DNA of 64,000 nucleotides from Lineus longissimus (Eukaryota): NCBI RefSeq assembly GCF_910592395.1, contig NC_088308.1, positions 434,001 to 498,000 of the forward strand, read 5' to 3'. Shown piece by piece: positions 28,501 to 39,210 of this stretch (position 1 is its first letter; each line of letters starts with the position of its first letter). The notes under the pieces were generated by a model. It saw only the letters and a program-made list of their open reading frames with translations, ran no database searches and was not told where the DNA came from. The position numbers and the translations under genes were made by a program.

Positions 28501-31500
28501 GATCATGGTTAAAAGGAGATTGTGCGGCTGTTTTTTCCTTTTTTTTTTACATAGCGAAATAGACATTCACTAAACATGATAAGCAACAGCTAAGTATTTT
28601 TCAACCGTAACACTGAAAGGATTGTTAGAGGGCCTGTGATCCTATCTGTGTGTTTATCAGTCCGACTTTAACCTGAAGCGGCTTGTTGCCGTAGCACTTT
28701 CTTAGCCTGTGTAGTTGTTAAGACTATAGCTAGTCTATTCTCACTTGTCATAATGTGTCGGTATCCAAAAGACAAAAAAAAAAAGAATGCGATTCAGTGA
28801 AAAGTGGTAGTACCGTTGTGCAAGCAAGCAAGCTATCAGTGATCCAACCATCCATAGAAAGCTGCTGCTACGATAAAGCAACATAAATGCCGTTTTCGTA
28901 AAGATCAGGGCTGTTCTTTGGTTCAATAAGATAAAGATAGTTTTTCTGCATCATGAAACGTAACCAATGCGTTCAAATCATTGCAATTATATCAGGTTTG
29001 ATTAAAAGAACACAGTGAACTAAAGCTCGGGGAAAAACAAAGAACGGATGATGAGAACTTGATAAATCCAAGCAGCAGCAAACCAGTAAATCTGGTCCAA
29101 ATAGTCATGTCGAATCGGAAATAACCAACGCTTTCTTGATGATGAATTCCATTGCACCACGATGACCTGTCAACTCTGTGCACGTGGACTCAAGAAGCTA
29201 ACGAATCAACGTTAAGGGAGACAGAACGAGCCACGAAACTGCCATCAAATTGGCCATCGCGAGCATATCATTTTAACACCTTTTTTTCTACACGTTTAAT
29301 CTTCTAATGTGCTTATTTTGGCGAGTTTCTATCGCTGCAAATCAACGAGAAGTAAAAATCATGATGGAGCCCAGAGGTAAACAGTCTCCACGATAGTAGA
29401 CTAAATAAAGGCGCCAGTGACAGCGTGGCGTCAAACTGATTATAAAGTGCCATCTTATGTAAGCTTTTGTCATTAGTCTCAGAAGTTGTGTTAACTACAT
29501 GTACTAGTACACCGAATGTATACCTTGCAATGTGACACAGCTAAAGCGCAAAAAGGTAACTATAACCAAGCAGCTGAGAGTAAATGCCGCCACTTCATAA
29601 TCTGCAGCATCATGTTTCACTGGAGGATGCAAAAAGCACGACGTGTGCTTAACGATACTTAAGATACTTAAGAGTCCTATTAATTTCAATGTTTGCCAAT
29701 AACGACGAATACATAGTATATAGTGACAGAGCAAATAGTCAACTGACAACCAAATTTTATTATATTGTTCTCCAATATCAAGTGTCAAAAACACAAGTCA
29801 AAGCGAACCAATATCAATAAGACACCAGCTGTGGTTTCGCCACGACGGGAAACATTAAACACTTCCCCAAGCCTAACCTTAAATTGATATTTTGCGTAAC
29901 ATCAATTGGTTTTCTCGGCGTCAATACGAAATCTATTTACAGACTCAGAAAGCATACCCGACAGGTTGACATGTGCTCGCGAAAAATTCTTCTCTTAAGG
30001 ATTTGATGCAGTTGCCGTCAGCTTATTGACTGCGTAATGCTAATGGTGCATCTGGCTTAACGGCGACGAGAGATTTATCGCTCTTTTATGTTTGTCAGAG
30101 ACCGCAGCATGAACATCTCGCAGGTTATAACTTGTGTAACATCAGAAAGTGTTTTCTCGGTTTCCTTTATGTATGAGTATCTCCTTTGTTCAGGAAACGT
30201 TCCCTGGTGCATAATCCTTCAAGTTCGGCAAAGTTGCGATGGAGGAAGACTGCCTGAAATCGTCATAGAAAACCATATTTTCTTCCCTTATAATGCTTTG
30301 CTTTGCCATATAGCCCATGGACTTTGACTAGAAGGATACGGGAATGGGAAAGATTCCTATACAGCTTTGGTTTGCCGAGTTATAGGCGCTATTGGAAGCA
30401 TTTCCCCAGGTTCATTGTCAAAAAATCTGGAGAACCAGATGGCGAAATGACCAAATGTACAGCAAATACACTTTATCTTAAGAAGGAGTACATAATGCAC
30501 TCCGGTAGTGTTCTATTGGGCTAAAAGCTCAGCCCATTTTTAAACATTCAAAAACCCCAAAAGTGACCATAAGAAATTCACATCAACCAACTATTTACAC
30601 AAGACAGACTGCGAAGGAAAAAAGATATTCGAATGCCAAGGGACTTGTCCAAAGCATCTACTGTTGTCTAGGATTTATTCATAATTCTACCAGACACGTT
30701 ACAGGTCGAAGGGATGGTCAGAAAATCCATTCATGAGATTGGTGGTCGACTTTCAACCTCGCATACAAATCTCTTGAGTTTTTTCCGATGAAAAGATCCG
30801 AGCCTTTCAAACGATATGGACAACGCTAAGAAACAAAACACATCCCGCTGTTGCTTGCGGTCAAATTATGTGAGGAATCAGTAATCCTTAGGAAAGGAAA
30901 GATCCGTCTTTATGGACCACCTGAGGGACTAGATAATGTACTCTCCTCCGCTCTTTTATTGATTCATGCTGTTTTGACTATCAGACAGAATGATATCTCG
31001 ATTTGTCCGCTTCGATAAGAAATTAAGGCATTATTGAACGATGAATGTACAATGAGGTGACAATGCAAACCTGGCAATATCTTCTGAAAAATGGAATTGC
31101 ACATTTAGCAAAAGCTAAAGATTCCTCGATAAAGCTAGGGAAGATTACCTTTCTGTAATGCAGTTTAACGAGATTGTTGACACCTTTACCTAATTAACGA
31201 AGGATTGGTTCAGGAAACCTCACTCACAAGAATTTATGAAATGTAACTTAAACACTGTCTGTCTGGATCAAATACTTTATATATCTGTTTTCCATATTGG
31301 TATCAAAAAGATGACAAACATCAATTGAGGAACGCATGTGCTGAAGTACCTGATGTCCTTTAGTACTTGTTACTCATAGGTTACGATATTCAGGGAAAGG
31401 TAATATCGTAGTTATAAGCACAAGTGGGTGACATATGTCCTTACATGGATAACGTTTGAGACGAAGTCTGTTGAATATTTGTGTCTTGGTAATCACGTAC

Positions 31501-31837
31501 GGTAGTAATGTGTACAGGTTTCAGTTTCTACACATCCTATGGCAGACTTTATCAATTCATCACGAACACAAGGTGAAGTACCTATAACAGCCCAATGCAT
31601 TGATCTCAAACAACAGCTCATTAGCGACATGGATCACTTCAAATGTCGGCCAGGGTGAGGTTGCAGAACTAATCGTTATGTTACGTGTCTAGCACTGGAG
31701 ACCACGTTGATCAATGGCAAAGGTAATGGGGGAAAAGCTAAGGATATGTGGAAACAATGCATCCGCTAAAGGATTAACCAGTGCAGCAGCACATAAAGGT
31801 GGTACAGGTGTTCATATTCATAGTAATTAGCATGATA

Positions 31838-32018
31838 TACTGGTAACCATTTATACTCTTGAATTGAGAGAAGCAGCTGCAAGTCACACGTTCTTGCTAA
31901 AGGACTGCAAATGGTAAGTGCCCCAGTCAGGATGGAGATAAGTATTGCGAAAGACAAGGAAGCCGAATCGAACTAGTGACCTTCGTGTTGTAAACCTGGC
32001 GCCCTAACCACTACTCAT
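31838..32018 (-). mobile_element. Degenerate tRNA-derived SINE (head plus central domain)
   Basis: Minus strand shows an A-box-like GAGTAGTGGTTAGGGCG and a B-box-like AGTTCGATTC. The body has GTCCTTTAGCAAGA and CTGCTTCTCTCAATTCAAGAGTATAAATGGTTACC. Confidence 0.55.
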
Positions 32019-32624
32019 GATAATGTTATATTCTAATCACAGAAAGCAACCAACTGTTTTACGACCCAGGCAATAACTCTAGGGGGGGGGGGGGAGTCAA
32101 CCTTAGAGACTTCCGGCTAATCACACTTCCTACATCGTGTAGTATTGATTGATGTCGGACGCAGAACTTCCATTCCAAACCACTGATGATGGTTGACATT
32201 ATTTAATCAGGTGGAAGTGACAATGTTAATGGCCGATCCTTCACAGAATCAATCAACGGACAAATACGGGGTTAGATCATTAAATGTTTTCAACGCAGGT
32301 GAATGTCACGTATATCGTTTTACCATTCGGGATTGTGATTGGCTTGTGATTAGCCTTTTCCAGTTAATACCAAATTACCTAGACTTGGCACCATTTTGTT
32401 ATAGCTGTAATGAAATACATCATACAGCACAGTGAAGAGTCATGATACTAAGTATTCGGGGAGATTAAAAAATATCGGTGAAAGCTGACGTTACATATGT
32501 TAAAAGTTGTAGCGTTGAGCAAGCAATATGCACTAAGAATAGAATCGATAAGAGCATCTTCAACCGTGTTGAAAATAAAACACTCTATATCATTGCTGTA
32601 TATCCCGTTTTTGTACACACTCAG

Positions 32625-32688
32625 GCTGACTGTTGACAACGTGATTGACAACAGATGCTGACTGTTGACAACGTGATTGACAACAGAT
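32625..32688. repeat. 32-bp tandem duplication
   Basis: GCTGACTGTTGACAACGTGATTGACAACAGAT occurs twice. Confidence 0.9.
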
Positions 32689-33574
32689 ACCATACTTAAC
32701 AGTGTCTCAACTTTTCTTCAGGTGATAACGTCAAACAGACGGCTTGAATCTTTATTCATATTACTGAAAACTGTTAATAGTGTTTTTATCCATGAGTGAA
32801 GGGTTCCTCTCACTGATACGAGTCTGCCCTTCTCTTCCATGTATTACATGTCTGTTTTAGTTTGGATAGGGGGATGATAATGGAAAGCTCATAGAACAAA
32901 GTCTCCTCAAATTAGCATGATAATCTGTCAAACATGTGCTGTTCTAATTTAAATAAGCAAGTTTGTCGGTTGTTTTATTTTTATCTGTAAAATTTAAATG
33001 AATAATTCAGATGATCACAAGTGGTTTCGAATAATCCACCATCTGCTCTTAAGCACCCAACGAAAATGTGTTTTGAACTTGGCCGAAAAAGATCAAGAGA
33101 GTCAATAAAAGAACCTACAGCAATTATCATTAAGACGTACATTGTACTTAGCAGTGATTTCAGCAGACAAGTTGGCGATGATGAATTAATGGGTTGGCAA
33201 CTAAACTAGTCGCCTTGGTATCCGAGTCTGATCTTTTCACGGTAAGGTGTGTCGAACAGAAACTGCTCACCTGTCAACGCCAGATTCGCCCAATGCCAAT
33301 TAACATGTTAAAGGAATAAATCATAATACATTAATAACAATGAATTAACATTTAGATAGGCGATAACAATCCAGGAATTGTTTTCTAGTCATAGGTTAGT
33401 TATAATATACTTCCAAACGAAGTTAAACTTTTGATTCACGGCACAAAAGGAGTTTTTAGGTGGAGTGACCTACCAAATCTTCCATTTCCAACATGAAAGT
33501 TTGTCAGTGACGCTGACCAGGGATGACGTCACGTGGTGGAAGCACATGACTCAAGCACATGACGTCCCGAGTCA

Positions 33575-33680
33575 TTGTGCCTCCGCCAATTCCTGACGCA
33601 AGGTTGGATTGTAGCTTCGTTGACCGAGCGATCGACAACCCAAATATCACGAGATCTCGCAGGGAGGCGCGTGGTTTTAC
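33575..33680 (+). repeat. Dispersed repeat, copy B (homologous to 17930-18036)
   Basis: Direct similarity to copy A in the same orientation. Confidence 0.85.
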
Positions 33681-34618
33681 AAGGCTGGGTCGGGGTGATT
33701 GATTCGAATTTTAAGTCGCCTCTCTCAAAACACCATTGTTCTAACCGAGGATATCCTCGAATCCAACCCAGGCATAGGGCAGTCGTCCTCTTGGATGTGC
33801 TTCGAGACCTTTCAGCGAGACTGCTTGGTCTCCTGTGCTCCAATAAATGGGTTTCTAATGTCTCAGTCTCACCTGTATAAACACTTTCAAACTCCGTGCC
33901 TGATACAAACCCTATGAACAAGGACGCATACCTTCTTTCTCGGTTTGGTCCTTGGGCTGTTGGGCAAACGTTGGGAGTGTTGATAAACCAATTGTGACAA
34001 AGTGCTCGTGGTCCTATAGTATAGGCTTGTGCTCCATGTTCGGGGTGTTTTCCTTTTCCTCTGACATGCAGGCTTCTCCTACCAAAACCATTATTGTGTT
34101 GTAAATAAACAGTCTTTTAGAAGCGTAATTTAGCCCACAAACTACATGTACAACCCTCATGGATATGAATTATTCATTCATACGTTAAGTTCAAAATTTC
34201 AAATGATCAAGACCCTTTTTTGTTTGTTGATAATTTCACCAAGATCCCATCATACTACCTTGCCCTTTCCCCATGTATTGTTGGTCTGTTTTCGTTCGAG
34301 AGAGGTACGATTTCGGAGGCTGGCGAAACACAATATCAAAAAATTTGCATTATAATTTGCATTCAACAGGTGTTGTTTCCAACTTGTTACAACTCTCACT
34401 TTGACTCATAGTGGTACTAATCTACTGCAGCTGGTCATTAGCATTTATTCACACGTTTAGTCAAGTTTGTCAAATGTTTTCTTTTCATTTGGAACGATTC
34501 AATGAATAATTTTGAATATCACAAGTAAAGGTGTATTCACTGAATAAGCCATCGCTCCCTCGAGCATCATCTCACAAGTCCTTCTCATCTCCTGCTGGAA
34601 AGATTGACCATCTTCATC

Positions 34619-34679
34619 ATGAAGTACATCAGCGTTAGTCTTTGCCTTTTGGTCACAGTATTTTCCCTCGCCAATGCAG
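34619..34679 (+). CDS. SVWC-like secreted protein A, exon 1 (signal peptide MKYISVSLCLLVTVFSLANA)
   Basis: Start context catcATG, hydrophobic core ending A-N-A, phase-1 donor CAG|gtaagc. Paralogous to exon 1 of gene B. Confidence 0.85.
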
Positions 34680-35172
34680 GTAAGCTTTTACCTTTCCAAT
34701 TGAAAAACTGGTATATGCTTTCAGTCATTCAGGCTCTTCAATATATTATTCTTCTTCTATGATGTACTCCAACAATGATTGACAGGACACACCGATCGGA
34801 TGAGACTGGCTCAGAGAGATGCGTATTTCTGACTGACCAGAAGGGTGATATAGCAAAAGAGTTGTTCTGGACTAGAATCTACCAAGAACGAATTCCTATC
34901 AAACTCTCGATACGTTCAGAGTTCAGATCAGCAATATTGCATCTAATTCAATTAGACATTCAAAATGTTGACTATTGAGACAAATCAGCCTAATAATATT
35001 TTGTCCTTGTTTTTTAACCCATTGTATAAATGTTTAATGCGCTTTCGTCTATGTTGGCTTGTCGACGTTCACGTGCATCTATGGTTCTCGCACGACGCCA
35101 TGGTCGGCTACTTTGTGATGCACATATACCATGCACGTAATCCATCCATATTCTATTGCTGTTGCTATTTAG

Positions 35173-35290
35173 GCTGCCCAAAGACGTTTACGAAGACAGG
35201 CAATCATTACGAACTGAGGCAATCAGGGTTAAGATGTAGCTTGATTGAATGTTATGAACATGGAAGTGAAATGGCGATGAGTATGAAGAT
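35173..35290 (+). CDS. SVWC-like secreted protein A, exon 2 (GCPKTFTKTGNHYELRQSGLRCSLIECYEHGSEMAMSMK)
   Basis: Acceptor tatttag and donor AT|gtaagt. The exon is 118 nt with phases 1 and 2, the same length and phases as exon 2 of gene B. Contains C and CxxxxC. Confidence 0.87.
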
Positions 35291-35525
35291 GTAAGTCCAA
35301 TATCATTACTTAGAACGTTAATAGTTGGCAATATCCAGGTCTCATCACCTTTATTTGCCCTTGTCCGTTCAGGCCTAATGAGAATCCTGAAAGGTTTCCT
35401 TGGGGTCGGTTTTATCAACATTTGTCCTGCTGATCGTTTGATAAGACTGCACAACAATGGGAATTTTATTCACCTGCATAAGAAATCCCGAAAAGTGTGT
35501 TACATCAAGAATCTTCTCTTTTCAG

Positions 35526-35733
35526 CTGTGCAATGTCGCAAGGGGGGCAACCTACTTGCGGTGATGCTAAACTACAGGACGAAGGCTGTTATTGGGTCGA
35601 TGTTAAAGATTTATCAAAAGTCTATCCTTTTTGCTGTACCAAGTATAAGAAAATATGCAAGGGCCAGGCCGGATTTGATGCAAGTAAAGTTCCCCATGTG
35701 TCAAAGGAGCGCCGAGAAGACGCAAGGTGTTAA
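35526..35733 (+). CDS. SVWC-like secreted protein A, exon 3 (ICAMSQ..YPFCC..DARC*); full product 128 aa
   Basis: Acceptor cttttcag, YPxCC motif typical of single-VWC proteins, strong similarity to exon 3 of gene B. Confidence 0.9.
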
Positions 35734-35959
35734 ATTACATGCGAATAGCATCACATGATTGTAGTTGTATTTGTATTGTAGCTGCATGTTCTTTATTTGA
35801 GCATAGAAAACGCATTAACTACTTCCCTCCCTTTGGACCGAATCTTACCAGTAATAGATCTCTAGACAAAAACGTTATTTCTTAATATCGTTCTTAATAA
35901 CAACCGAACAACAGAATGCTCGCCCACAATGATAATCTGTAATGTAATATCTTTACATG

Positions 35960-35965
35960 AATAAA
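35960..35965 (+). promoter_or_regulatory. Candidate polyadenylation signal of gene A
   Basis: AATAAA about 225 nt after the stop codon, in an ATGAATAAAA context shared with gene B. Confidence 0.6.
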
Positions 35966-37103
35966 AATAGCATTGCTGAAACATCGTCCTTCTTAATTGC
36001 CACAACTCGTATTTCTACATGAGAAAAGTGAAGAAAGAATACTTATCCACCTTGTTGGTGTAAAGTTAAGCACGCGTTTTAACCTGGCTTTACAGTACCC
36101 AAGAGAATGATACTATCACTAAAGTAAAGCTGTTTATTACGTAATCAATTCTAACGATTTGTTGGAGGCTACCTCCCTATGCGAAGGCTGCATGGCCCCG
36201 CTTATCAACGTAGACACACTGGTCTACCAGACGAGCCCTTTTGCAGGGGTGCTTCGGTGTTATCTGGTATACTTTTTGCTCCTCACAATCCGATGCAATT
36301 CCCTGGACAAAAGCTTCGACAAGTCCATAACAAATATTCTCTCGGCCGCATAGTGTAGGACCAGTGTGGTAGAGCCCATCGTAGGATCACTTGGAGAGAT
36401 ACAATCACTAACCGAGAGTCACAACACCAAGAACTCTAAAGAAATGCGAAATATTAACGGATATTTTAGGCGAAGACAAGTCTTTAAACATTCTCTGTAT
36501 GATGATACATGCATGGGTCAAGCCCCATTTGCCACTGCTGAGATTCTTGAATTTCAAAGGGAGCACAAATAAATAAATAATGAAAATTATGTTTGTCTTA
36601 ACAGTTTACCTCGAAGAAATGGATATGATTGCAAATTACAATGGCCTGCTTGTGTGCATCGGTTTAATTAAGATTATTCTGTCCCAAGCCCTTTTTGAAG
36701 ACATTGAAACTGTCCATAATAAGGCATTTGACCAGACAGTACATGTATAACAAAATGTACGAGCTTACGTGATGTGCATCAGCCAATTAGATTCAATCTA
36801 CTTGCATCGATCATTTCTAGGCTATAATTAGATTTACCCTGATCAAAAGTAATTGGGCATACCAGGTACTTAATGCACTAGTTCAACATCGCAAATTTTC
36901 ATACTTCTGTTTGATTTGGTATCAAAACTGCCGTATTGACATATAATTACGTCGTCAGACATGTCAGATGGCCAATTTGAGCAACTGCCTATTGAACTGA
37001 AAGTCGTCTGCAGATGGTGTCCTAGAATAAGAACTCTCTTCCTGTGCTAACAACTCACAAGATCTTCATTCTCCAAGCTGGAAGGAGTGTTGCTTATTTT
37101 ATC

Positions 37104-37200
37104 ATGAAGTACTTAATTGTTTGTCTGAGTATTGTGATGGCAATTGCCCTAACAGACGCTATGACCGTGGCCGACCAAGCGGTTGAGAGCGTGCTCGAAG
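37104..37200 (+). CDS. SVWC-like secreted protein B, exon 1 (MKYLIVCLSIVMAIALTDA-MTVADQAVESVLE)
   Basis: Start atcATGAAGTAC as in gene A, a signal peptide, and a phase-1 donor AAG|gtaggt. Confidence 0.87.
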
Positions 37201-37719
37201 GTAGGTTGATTCATATTCGTCTTCCACTCGCTTTTAATTGTTCTCCCTGTAATGAGTAATTCATAACAGAACTGATCCTGTCACTGATATTTCACACCTT
37301 ATGATACGGCCAAATGGCGCCCTTTCTTCCTGAAATCTTACGAACTTACCTGACTGGTGCTGGACATTTGAAAAGGTCAAAATTAGCAATGTCAAAGTCT
37401 GATTAAATTGGGTCAATGTCCAACGCGATGAAGCGGATGAAGGATATGATAGCTTATGATATGCTGTTTTGAAGACACGATTGACTGCCAAACAATTAAA
37501 GTTCCACTCCACAATCACTCTATGATTTACTTAATTCAATAGGAAATCGTAGATAGGCCAACTTACAAAATCTCCCCTGAGTGTTCATATTTTGTGACGT
37601 GTAAGATGCTCTTTTCTTCAGGTAACTTTAATGACAGGACTGGGCATATGGAAGATATACCTATACATGAATTTTCCTTATAATGCATAAAGCTGCGTTG
37701 TTTCTTCTTTTCAATCCAG

Positions 37720-37837
37720 AATTCAAGTGTCCAGACAGTTTTACCAAGGAGGATACAAAATACGTTTTAAGGACATCTGGAGAATCTTGCGGCATAACGT
37801 ACTGTGATCAAAGTGATGCTTCGATGTCTGGATTGAT
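37720..37837 (+). CDS. SVWC-like secreted protein B, exon 2 (EFKCPDSFTKEDTKYVLRTSGESCGITYCDQSDASMSGL)
   Basis: Polypyrimidine tract plus ccag acceptor, donor AT|gtgagt, 118 nt. Shares the pattern CPxxFTKxxxxYxLRxSGxxCxxxxC with gene A. This exon is not in the ORF track. Confidence 0.87.
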
Positions 37838-38091
37838 GTGAGTACAGTAACTATTTTTGAGAATTTGAACCCGTTTTAAACACTTTGCAAAATGCCTATT
37901 TTTTATTTTGTTTTCTATTAACAATATTCTAGCTTAATATTCATGATAGGAATTGCATACGATATTACTCATGACCTTTTTCAGTATATTAGGCGAGCGC
38001 TGCCAACAAATTTGAATGAAAAAACCAGTAAGAGAAAGCATCAATGAAAAAAAAAACTGAAATCATGTTGATCCAAATCCTTATTTTTCAG

Positions 38092-38311
38092 TTGCCCATT
38101 GATGATGGTGGATAACAGTGTTTGCGCTAGGGCTAAACTACAGGACGAAGGCTGTTATTATGCTGATGTGAAAGATTTAACCACAGTCTACCCTGGATGC
38201 TGTACATACTACAAGAAATTCTGCAAAAATGATGCTGGGTTTGATGATAGTAAAGTTCCCAGCGTGCCTACGCAAGTAAGACTCGATTCAAACTGTATTT
38301 CGAATGAGTAA
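38092..38311 (+). CDS. SVWC-like secreted protein B, exon 3 (ICPLMM..YPGCC..SNCISNE*); full product 144 aa
   Basis: Acceptor tttttcag, YPGCC motif, paralogous to exon 3 of gene A. Confidence 0.9.
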
Positions 38312-38504
38312 AACGCATGTGTAAAAGATTATCATGAAGCGGCATGTTTTATTTTGATATTTTTGATCGAAATACTTAATACCAAACAAAAATATAATGT
38401 ACCGCTGCCCTCCAATTGGCGGAGACGCTAGCGTTACCTCGCACTAAACAAACATCATTTTTACCAACCAAAGCTCGTCTTTGAACTGTAACATCGTCAC
38501 AATG

Positions 38505-38510
38505 AATAAA
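38505..38510 (+). promoter_or_regulatory. Candidate polyadenylation signal of gene B
   Basis: AATAAA about 195 nt after the stop codon, in a context homologous to gene A. Confidence 0.6.
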
Positions 38511-38952
38511 ACTATTGTTATTGAAGAAGCTGTCTTATTTGAATACCTTGCTTGACCTCTATGTTTAGACTGTCCTCGAACATTGACTAAATCAACTTGT
38601 GATTAGAAAGTTCCTACCTAAAGAAGAGCACAGCCTTCGTTTTCTTCAATCGATAATTTGGAATATCTGATTATGCGTTTGCCAAGCAGAAGACACTCGG
38701 GAATCTCTTATGCTATTTTGAAGTGAAAGAAACTGTTCAGGCTTACACAGCTTCAATACTCCAAATACCGGACCGAAAATCCAAAATCCCCACTTTTTAA
38801 GAGGAGGTGAATGAACGCATATCAATGTCCTTGGTATGCAGATCATGCTCTTCTCAACTGTGTAATTTCTCACGGTTGCCATTTAAACCTTAACATATTT
38901 AGCGTAGACCTCATTTCTGGACTAGTTAGAATTGGGCTTGGCCCGAATCATG

Positions 38953-39210
38953 ATCCCATTGTCGGACTTCTTAGAATTACAGTCATGCAATGCATGACCG
39001 CGACTATCATAGCATATTCCATTATCGGACTACTTCGAGAGAGCCATGGCTACGTCTTTCAGAGTAGATTCCATCATCGGTCTCTTGGCTAGAGAATATC
39101 TCGTCTTTCAACGAATATTCCATCATCGGACTACTTGGAAAAAGAATGAATCATGGTCAGAACTATCAGAGTAGATTCCATTATCAGACTACTTGGAGAG
39201 AGAATGATGA
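38953..39210. repeat. Degenerate 50-60-bp tandem repeat, about 5 copies
   Basis: Recurring core ATTCCATYATCGGACTACTTGG. Confidence 0.7.

Noticed and set aside
33502..34146. Solo LTR
   Set aside because: TG...CA ends and AATAAA are present, but there is no target-site duplication, primer-binding site or second full copy.
38276..38281. Alternative donor GTAAGA near the end of gene B exon 3
   Set aside because: Reading through keeps the tenth Cys aligned with gene A, and the 3' UTR similarity continues beyond it.
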